From the IMG/VR virus record IMGVR_UViG_3300011442_000002, positions 11,825 to 75,824 of that record: 64,000 nucleotides of DNA; one strand, given 5' to 3'. The notes beneath the pieces were generated by a model. It was not told the origin of the DNA and did no database searches. It worked only from the letters and a program-made list of their open reading frames with translations. A program made the position numbers and the translations under genes. Shown one piece after another: positions 57,699 to 64,000 of the stretch. This DNA is from a virus. Lineage: Duplodnaviria > Heunggongvirae > Uroviricota > Caudoviricetes. Positions within the stretch are counted from its first letter, which is position 1, and each line of letters begins with the position of its first letter.

Positions 57699-58043
57699 AT
57701 GGGAGGAGGACTGAGACCAATTGACATTCATTGTGGATTCACTATAGAATCTAAAGTCTGTGGCAAGAAACCTGTAATTAGACACATGCTCTTTGTAAAA
57801 GATTCTGGCGATGAAGAACATCGTAGTGGATATGCGTGTGAATATCACGAAAATGTTGTTGGCTCAGATGTTGTCCTTATGTACCATCCTGTGGGTCTGT
57901 TTTGCAGCAAGCCTGATTCTGTATGGTCATTTGAAGTCAACGAATGTATAGTTACCTATGAAAATTTTGAGTTGGCACTACTTGGTACAACTACTTTCGC
58001 TGAGGATATCATAAAGGAAATTGAGAATGCCGGATCAGAATAG
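57699..58043 (+). CDS. hypothetical protein
   Basis: 114 aa. Confidence 0.45.
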   Translation: MGGGLRPIDIHCGFTIESKVCGKKPVIRHMLFVKDSGDEEHRSGYACEYHENVVGSDVVLMYHPVGLFCSKPDSVWSFEVNECIVTYENFELALLGTTTFAEDIIKEIENAGSE

Positions 58044-58296
58044 TACATGTCCAACTTGTGGCACCATCAGAATGAAGTTTGATCCTCCACTATATTTTGA
58101 AGCACAAGAGATATGTGGTAAACCAATTAGAGCGTTTATTAAAATGTATAGTAGCGATTTAGAACAAGAATTCACGGTAGTAGAAGTGAAAAATACTCAT
58201 TGTGTAAACTACAGTGGACATGAAAATTCTAAAAATCCAAAACAGCGTGGACATTACTTTCTAATAGAAGAGTTGGTACATTCTGATGTTGATTAA
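58021..58296 (+). CDS. zinc-ribbon protein
   Basis: CPTCGT. Confidence 0.4.
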   Translation: MRMPDQNSTCPTCGTIRMKFDPPLYFEAQEICGKPIRAFIKMYSSDLEQEFTVVEVKNTHCVNYSGHENSKNPKQRGHYFLIEELVHSDVD

Positions 58297-58461
58297 GATC
58301 ACCATACAAGAACAAACAACTCCCGAAAATGCGACAGCTGTTACATATTGGGATACTGTAAATGAGCTTATTTCCAGTAACAAAAAGGTGATTGCAGGAA
58401 CGTTACGTTTAATTGCTGATTCCTACGATCCACCAGCACTTCCAACGAAAATTCATAGATC

Positions 58462-58719
58462 ATGAAAACCTACGTGTTTGCTGGTAACCGTAGACACTTC
58501 GAGGTTTGGTGTCGATTAAATAACATTGATCCACGTAACCCAACATTCGTCTATGTTGCACATCCAATCCAATTAGCAGGATTGACTCTAGACGATGCTA
58601 AGTTTGAGTATTACGAAACGTGGAGAGAACATCCGAATTGGCCCGCGTATTACGTGGCTATGCGTGCAATAGAGTCCATCGGTCGCACTAAAGGAGAAAC
58701 AAGTGGACCAACCAGTTAG
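58462..58719 (+). CDS. hypothetical protein
   Basis: 85 aa. Confidence 0.4.
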   Translation: MKTYVFAGNRRHFEVWCRLNNIDPRNPTFVYVAHPIQLAGLTLDDAKFEYYETWREHPNWPAYYVAMRAIESIGRTKGETSGPTS

Positions 58720-59044
58720 CATTTGGTACAAGCTTATTAAGCTAGATCCTGCGGTTTTCCGTGGACTTATTGTAGCAATGGCTGCACTTTTGGCATCAGT
58801 TGGCGTAGCAATTTCTCCGGGCGTACCCGATGCAGTCATCGGCTTTTTTGTAGTTTTGGTGCCTATCGTACAGGCCCTGTGGACCCGTCCAGCCGTCACA
58901 GCCAATGCCCGGGTTGCCGTCCTAGTACCAGATCCGGTAAACAATCCGCAAATAATCGAAGCAGGAGCAGCTATTACTACAGCACCAGATGCTGAAATTA
59001 TTACTGCTGCAACTGCCAATCCTAAGGAAACACCGAATGCCTAA
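58703..59044 (+). CDS. membrane protein
   Basis: 113 aa with 3 hydrophobic helices. Confidence 0.4.
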   Translation: MDQPVSIWYKLIKLDPAVFRGLIVAMAALLASVGVAISPGVPDAVIGFFVVLVPIVQALWTRPAVTANARVAVLVPDPVNNPQIIEAGAAITTAPDAEIITAATANPKETPNA

Positions 59045-59255
59045 TTTACTAACTGTTGATAACGAAGTTTTAACCATGTTTTGTGGTTGCTGCAAGTGCT
59101 GTTTGGCTAGTTCTACCCACTGTGGCACTTGTCATGTTAAGAAGTCTATTAAGCAGCTATGTGGTTGTGGCGGCTGTGAAGCAAAAGCTCTTGACTACCT
59201 TGAGCGTGAAGAAAGCCGTAGAGAGCGGTTAGAGTCTCTGAGGAAGATTAAGTAA
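59037..59255 (+). CDS. Cys-rich small protein (CGCCKCC...CGTCH...CGCGGCE)
   Basis: Internal ATG of listed ORF 58989. 12 Cys in 72 aa. Confidence 0.4.
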   Translation: MPNLLTVDNEVLTMFCGCCKCCLASSTHCGTCHVKKSIKQLCGCGGCEAKALDYLEREESRRERLESLRKIK

Positions 59256-59256
59256 A

Positions 59257-59541
59257 ATGACCAATGAAGGTTCATCACCAAACCAGTATGTGATCAAAGA
59301 AGACGCAATCACAGCTATACAAATGACCAGCGATAACACATTGGCAGTACTTGACTTTCTAAATTCTCATCAGATTGAATATTCATATGACGAAATTAAA
59401 AGTGGAGGAATGATAATAGTTTATACAAGCAATGGTCCAATCGTTATGTTACCAGGCTGGTGGTTATTTGTAGATAATGAAGGTAAATATCCAAGAGTAT
59501 TCAATGATGAAATTTTCAGAAAACACTACACACTTAGGTAG
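59257..59541 (+). CDS. hypothetical protein
   Basis: 94 aa. Confidence 0.45.
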   Translation: MTNEGSSPNQYVIKEDAITAIQMTSDNTLAVLDFLNSHQIEYSYDEIKSGGMIIVYTSNGPIVMLPGWWLFVDNEGKYPRVFNDEIFRKHYTLR

Positions 59542-59544
59542 GTT

Positions 59545-60000
59545 GTGTTGGCAGATATAGTTGCATTAGATCCTGGACTAACCGTTGGTATTGCTAGCCT
59601 AGTCGATAATCGGTATGTTACACAGCAATTGGTTCCTGCCAACTATCCACATCCACATGAGACATTATTCGATGTTCTAACAGAACTACAACCTAAGGTT
59701 CTCCTGTATGAACGCTTTGATTTTCGCGCAGCTAAAAATGGCGTAGTATTAACAGGTGTCGAATATATTGGTGTGATTAGATTATACGCACAATTAAAGT
59801 GCATAGAAGAAATTGCGATATCACCGAGTGATGGTAAGGCATTCTGGAATAACGATAAGCTTAAGGCTCTTGGCATTTATCCAATTAGGCCAGTGCTGCC
59901 ACACGCTACCGATGCGTTAAGAATTTTGCTCACCCATCGCATGAAAACTGATGAGAACTTCAAAAAGGAAATTCTCGAGAATTTACGCAATGTGCTATAA
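59545..60000 (+). CDS. RuvC-like Holliday junction resolvase
   Basis: LDPGLTVGIA N-terminal motif and C-terminal HATDALRIL. Confidence 0.55.
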   Translation: MLADIVALDPGLTVGIASLVDNRYVTQQLVPANYPHPHETLFDVLTELQPKVLLYERFDFRAAKNGVVLTGVEYIGVIRLYAQLKCIEEIAISPSDGKAFWNNDKLKALGIYPIRPVLPHATDALRILLTHRMKTDENFKKEILENLRNVL

Positions 60001-60005
60001 AGCGA

Positions 60006-60041
60006 GATGGGTAGCTGAATGTTCAGCTACCCATCTTTTTT
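60006..60041. terminator. bidirectional Rho-independent terminator between convergent units
   Basis: 14-bp perfect stem GATGGGTAGCTGAA/TTCAGCTACCCATC with TTTTTT after it. On the other strand it has a short A/T-rich run. Confidence 0.65.
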
Positions 60042-60059
60042 CTATTCATATGTAGATCC

Positions 60060-60431
60060 TTAGTTGCTTATTAATGAAATCGCTCCGACTATCATGCCAA
60101 ATACAACTCCAATACCAGCTATTGCAGCTAATACTTTTTGCCAAGGTGACCAAGCAGTTACCGATTGAGCACGTCTAGCTTCATCTGCATCTTTTAGGGC
60201 TGATGCCGTAGCTATAACCGTAGCTGCTGATGCAGTAGCTTTATCACTTAAACGTTGAACTTCTAAAATCATAATATTTTGTCGAGCCAAGAACTGGTCT
60301 AGTGTACCAGCAATTCTATCCAGACTGCCGTTAATCGAAGAAAAATGCTTATCATGGCCGGCTAGTCTGGTAGCTACTTCGCCAGCAATTACCCCGCGAT
60401 CGTAGCCTTCTTGCACACTCTCATCTGTCAT
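60060..60431 (-). CDS. lysis-cassette protein with C-terminal TM anchor
   Basis: 123 aa. C-terminal hydrophobic helix. Confidence 0.4.
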   Translation of the reverse strand: MTDESVQEGYDRGVIAGEVATRLAGHDKHFSSINGSLDRIAGTLDQFLARQNIMILEVQRLSDKATASAATVIATASALKDADEARRAQSVTAWSPWQKVLAAIAGIGVVFGMIVGAISLISN

Positions 60432-60729
60432 TTATCGGTTTCCTAGCTTCTAGTTGGTATTTTATCAGTAAAGCTACCTGCGACCATACTAATACCGATA
60501 TTAGTATGAGCACAATCACCCAACCTATAGTTCTCCACCGTTCTTCAATATATCTACTAAACAGTGCATATATGAATGACACAGCAAAACCAGACATGAA
60601 AGACAGCATGTGTCTTCCTATATGATCTCTCCATGGAGGCGGTTTGGTTAAGAAAGCATATATAAAACAGAAGGTCAAAAACCCAAATATCACTACCCAC
60701 AGGAACAGGTCTAGTAACGTGTCAGCCAT
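60421..60729 (-). CDS. holin-like membrane protein (3-4 TM)
   Basis: 102 aa, multi-TM, with a charged C-terminus. Confidence 0.45.
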   Translation of the reverse strand: MADTLLDLFLWVVIFGFLTFCFIYAFLTKPPPWRDHIGRHMLSFMSGFAVSFIYALFSRYIEERWRTIGWVIVLILISVLVWSQVALLIKYQLEARKPINDR

Positions 60730-60955
60730 GATTTACCCTCCCGAAGGAACGGCCAATTTCCTCGGTATATCTGTCAACCTTATAGCTAACACGTCTGGCG
60801 CTTGCAGCCGCTTTAGCTATTTCTTTACTCTTGGCTCTAGTTTGGGCTAGCTTACGTTCAGCGGCTTTAAGTCTTAACTCTGCTAGGTCAAAATTTTCAT
60901 CTTGCTCAGCTTCGATTTCAGTACACGACTTCTTTCCAAATGGCCACCACTTCAT
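60722..60955 (-). CDS. hypothetical protein
   Basis: 77 aa. Confidence 0.35.
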   Translation of the reverse strand: MKWWPFGKKSCTEIEAEQDENFDLAELRLKAAERKLAQTRAKSKEIAKAAASARRVSYKVDRYTEEIGRSFGRVNHG

Positions 60956-61257
60956 GATGAAACAACCCTTTCGCCTATTCTAGGCGGTAGCGCGTCTATC
61001 ATTCCATGTGCACGCGATACCTCTAGAATTTGGTCGAACTTGCTGTCTAATAAGTCACTCCGGGCGTCGAGTTTCTCATTGATCTGTTCGAGCTTAGCTA
61101 TATACGCATCCTTGTCTTTTAACCGTTTCTCTTTCTCTTCTAGGAGTATTTCGACAGACCTTCTGGTATACAGTTGGGCTCGAAAAAATCCTATAAAGAG
61201 TAGGACCAGAAACATACCTCCAAATCCAAAGTTTACAAAGTAAAGGGCGTCAGGCAC
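60952..61257 (-). CDS. membrane-anchored coiled-coil protein
   Basis: N-terminal TM followed by a coiled coil. Confidence 0.4.
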   Translation of the reverse strand: MPDALYFVNFGFGGMFLVLLFIGFFRAQLYTRRSVEILLEEKEKRLKDKDAYIAKLEQINEKLDARSDLLDSKFDQILEVSRAHGMIDALPPRIGERVVSS

Positions 61258-61274
61258 ATTTCACCAACTATACG

Positions 61275-61904
61275 CTAAAGCGGTTGGACGAACAGACTTC
61301 TATCATCAAAGTTGGCGGTAAAAGATGTAACAGGTAAGGTTGACGCGCGGTAAACTAATTTGAAGGTAGTAGCTCCTGGTGTCAATCCAGTGAAATAATA
61401 GTTGCTACCCATCTTAACATTTCGAACAATGATGTCTGCACCTGCTAGTGCTGGTGCTTGGTGATAATCGGAAAGCGTTAACCAAGTAGAAGTACCAAAA
61501 TCATCTGGTGATTGTGTGTTAGCACCACTCAAGGCCACACCCACACTTCCGGTCCCAGCAAAGTGTGTACTATCTAGCTGGTAAATGATAATAGATGCCC
61601 ACATAATCCAGCATTTACCACTATCGCCAATTGTTACAGTAACAGATGGACCAACGTTACCTGTCGTTGGATCACCGTGATAGGAAGTACCAGCACCAGG
61701 ATAGGTTTTAGTGCACGCAGTGCTATCCAATGCACCACGACCACCAAAAACAATTGTTGATAACGCTACTGAATTGCCATCCTGGTCCATTGCTGTGTTT
61801 TGTGCCTGTGGGTTTCTTTCTAGTCGGCCTAACCGACGTTCCAAATCTTTAATTTTGTCAACGATATCTTGAGGTTCGTTTCTATACCTACCCTCTACGG
61901 TCAT
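61275..61904 (-). CDS. tail fiber/collar-like protein (N-terminal coiled coil, Gly-rich)
   Basis: DIVDKIKDLERRLGRLERN then Gly/Thr-rich beta region. Confidence 0.35.
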   Translation of the reverse strand: MTVEGRYRNEPQDIVDKIKDLERRLGRLERNPQAQNTAMDQDGNSVALSTIVFGGRGALDSTACTKTYPGAGTSYHGDPTTGNVGPSVTVTIGDSGKCWIMWASIIIYQLDSTHFAGTGSVGVALSGANTQSPDDFGTSTWLTLSDYHQAPALAGADIIVRNVKMGSNYYFTGLTPGATTFKLVYRASTLPVTSFTANFDDRSLFVQPL

Positions 61905-62989
61905 AGGTCTGGATCTCCTTCGAATACTAATTCGACTTCTTCGGTAGCGCTAGAAGACTGAGGCGTTAACGACCATTTGAGTAATCTCTTACTTGCTGAG
62001 AAGCCATTACCAGGATTACGAGCATCTTTGATAACAATTTTACAGAGATCACCTAGACCATAGCTACCAAATTCTGGTGTTAGATTGGCTTTAACGTTCA
62101 TTTTGATTATAGACATAGGCGGATTACGAGATAGTCCTTCTTGTGCTGCTAAACCATCTGCCAAAGTTTGACTACTTACATCTTTTCTATTAACATCTGC
62201 ATCCCAAATTAGTGAACCTTCGGCAATTGCAGTCGTATTTGTATAAGTTCCAACAATCATTCCTGAACCTTCACCAGCACCAATAACATAAATATTTGTA
62301 CCAGCATCTGCCATTGGTTCGGTAAGGTAATATTGAACTATGTTGCCTGGATATTCAAATACAGTCATACCAATAGATGCACCAGTACCAAGTGTTGGAT
62401 AACCAATCAGTAGGTCTTTACGATATAACGATCCATCCTTGGTAATACCTATATACCAGTCAAAGCCATTAACCCCACTAGCAATCGAAGACATAACATT
62501 ATCGTAGTACTTGAAATCAGTAGCTAAAATTGCTAAATCAATTGGAACTACAGATGTAAAGCTACTTGGTACGTTAACGTTAGCATTGCCGCCAGTAGGC
62601 GTTTGCATCTGTATCCAGAGATCACGAAAAATGTTTCTCTGCTCTTGTGCTGTATATGTTAGATCAGAACGAATCAGTCGTTTTCTTGGATAATTATCAA
62701 AGCTTAATGCATATAGCTGGACGGATTTAGATTGCGCTGAGTATACTCGACTCCAAATATAGCCATGCCAAATAGGAATACCATTGCGTTCACAAGTAAC
62801 CCAGGTACGTCCTGGAATACATGCAGATAACAAAGTATCGTTATCTTTGCCTGTTTGATCTAACTGGAAAGTACCCTGCAGGGCGCCACCGACGTTTATC
62901 GTCATATCCATGATGACGCCATACAGAGCTATCTCTTCGATGACTTGCTCAGTTCGAAGAGTACCAAATATGTATCGGTAGTCAGTCAT
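61901..62989 (-). CDS. hypothetical late protein (possible minor tail / lysis accessory)
   Basis: 362 aa. Confidence 0.35.
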   Translation of the reverse strand: MTDYRYIFGTLRTEQVIEEIALYGVIMDMTINVGGALQGTFQLDQTGKDNDTLLSACIPGRTWVTCERNGIPIWHGYIWSRVYSAQSKSVQLYALSFDNYPRKRLIRSDLTYTAQEQRNIFRDLWIQMQTPTGGNANVNVPSSFTSVVPIDLAILATDFKYYDNVMSSIASGVNGFDWYIGITKDGSLYRKDLLIGYPTLGTGASIGMTVFEYPGNIVQYYLTEPMADAGTNIYVIGAGEGSGMIVGTYTNTTAIAEGSLIWDADVNRKDVSSQTLADGLAAQEGLSRNPPMSIIKMNVKANLTPEFGSYGLGDLCKIVIKDARNPGNGFSASKRLLKWSLTPQSSSATEEVELVFEGDPDL

Positions 62990-63978
62990 TACTCAATAGG
63001 CTCATTTGCACCAGTAGTACCACTAAACTTGTGCTGATGTGGTCCGCCAGGACCAGGAAGACCACCAGCAAATGTACCGATATCCATACCCCATATGTCC
63101 ATATCAGCAGGAGTGAATTGCTGAGGTGTCTTACTGCCAACCTCTGTTGTTACGGTTAGCGGCATTGGCCGACCACCACGCTGATACCAGTAAGCCATAT
63201 CATCACGTTGCTTTGTCGTCACAAGCTGACGTAATGTACCATCACTGAGCCAGATTGTGCCATCAGTGCAATACACAAATACTGGATACATTTCTGTCTC
63301 CTCTGCTTCGGAACCAAGTACCGTCATTAGTTCAGTTAGTGTGCCACGATAAGCGTTAGCATCACATGTGGTTTGATTTCCTATATTTGTATTGGAGCCA
63401 TATTGCAAGAATAATGGTGTTTGTCCACTATATGCTTGCCAGCGCTTGATATCATTGTTACCAGGATATACGCTTCTATAATGTCCAACTGGGTTCCCGC
63501 CGTAGGCAGAAGCCCACAGGCGGTACGTTAGGCCGGTGAGGCTGTTCCCATATAACCATTGTGGCGCGTAGGCAATTACCTTGGCTGGTTTAACTCCGTG
63601 TACACTGACTAATCGATCCCCGAAAGCTTGAATTTCTGCCAATGTAGGTGCACTTGGCATGTAGTCAAACTTTTCGGCATCGATTTGTAGAATGAAACAT
63701 GGGTGCTCACGCCACCATGGTGTATCCTGATTTAGAATCTCAACAAACCAGTCAACCTGATCAGCTACCGAGCCAGGGTGGTTTACGAAATATGCACCAA
63801 GAACTGGAATACCTAAGTTCTTTGCATTGTTTAGTGACTGAGCATACTCTCTATCATAGTAAGAGTGGTGCCCTTCACCAGCTTTGTGTGTATAGTAATC
63901 AATGCCATCACGTACCGTTGGCTGGTCATCGTAGTTAGAAGCATCCCAACCAAATGTAGTATCGTTAGCTCCCATCAC
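62989..63978 (-). CDS. GH25 muramidase (endolysin)
   Basis: N-terminus DASNYDDQ...DGIDYYTHKAGEG is typical of glycoside hydrolase family 25. Confidence 0.55.
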   Translation of the reverse strand: MMGANDTTFGWDASNYDDQPTVRDGIDYYTHKAGEGHHSYYDREYAQSLNNAKNLGIPVLGAYFVNHPGSVADQVDWFVEILNQDTPWWREHPCFILQIDAEKFDYMPSAPTLAEIQAFGDRLVSVHGVKPAKVIAYAPQWLYGNSLTGLTYRLWASAYGGNPVGHYRSVYPGNNDIKRWQAYSGQTPLFLQYGSNTNIGNQTTCDANAYRGTLTELMTVLGSEAEETEMYPVFVYCTDGTIWLSDGTLRQLVTTKQRDDMAYWYQRGGRPMPLTVTTEVGSKTPQQFTPADMDIWGMDIGTFAGGLPGPGGPHQHKFSGTTGANEPIE

Positions 63979-64000
63979 TCACCTCCGGCTGTTGCCAATC

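Noticed and set aside
61901-62989. Lysin B (esterase) assignment for the 362-aa protein next to the GH25 lysin
   Set aside because: No clear GxSxG lipase/esterase motif was found. Left as hypothetical.
1-64000. Temperate lifestyle / prophage (integrase, repressor, att sites)
   Set aside because: No tyrosine or serine recombinase motifs were recognised, and no CI-like repressor. tRNA-like 3' fragments exist but without an adjacent integrase. The architecture looks virulent.

Overview
This window looks like most of a large virulent tailed-phage genome. No integrase or repressor was found. It has four blocks.

(1) 48-7106, minus strand: a leftward late operon with terminase large subunit, portal, a head-assembly protein and several Ala/Thr/Gly-rich putative structural proteins.

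(2) About 7.3-25.5 kb, plus strand: a divergent control region followed by more than 40 very small early genes. The intergenic DNA is dominated by a reiterated CGGACAT / ATGTCCG motif. It often occurs as ATGTCCG-N6-7-CGGACAT placed directly upstream of the Shine-Dalgarno sequence and start codon. Further right there is a second family of long covarying stem-loops.

(3) About 25.9-42.3 kb: a tRNA island with roughly 20 tRNA or tRNA-like genes. Embedded in it are an HNH endonuclease, two signal-peptide (secreted) cell-wall-active proteins, a Ro60/TROVE+vWA (Rsr-like) gene, a class II Fic protein and about 7 copies of a modular structured-RNA element (GGGTCGRA...GGTTATCT) that resembles the 5' part of Y RNAs and tRNA T-arms.

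(4) 42.3-60.0 kb: a replication and recombination module, ending at a convergent bidirectional terminator near 60.0 kb. It contains a ParB/DGQHR nuclease, SNF2 helicase, Cas4/RecB-like nuclease, MazG, Sak4-like ATPase, DUF669-like protein, AEP primase-polymerase, DNA polymerase I with an N-terminal UDG-like domain, and a RuvC-like resolvase. Beyond the terminator is a leftward lysis and late cassette (holin-like membrane proteins, a GH25 lysin).

The most interesting candidate for an undescribed system is the phage-borne Ro60 ortholog together with an array of Y-RNA-like/tRNA-like modular ncRNAs inside the tRNA island. Second is the pervasive palindromic start-associated motif that organises the early region.
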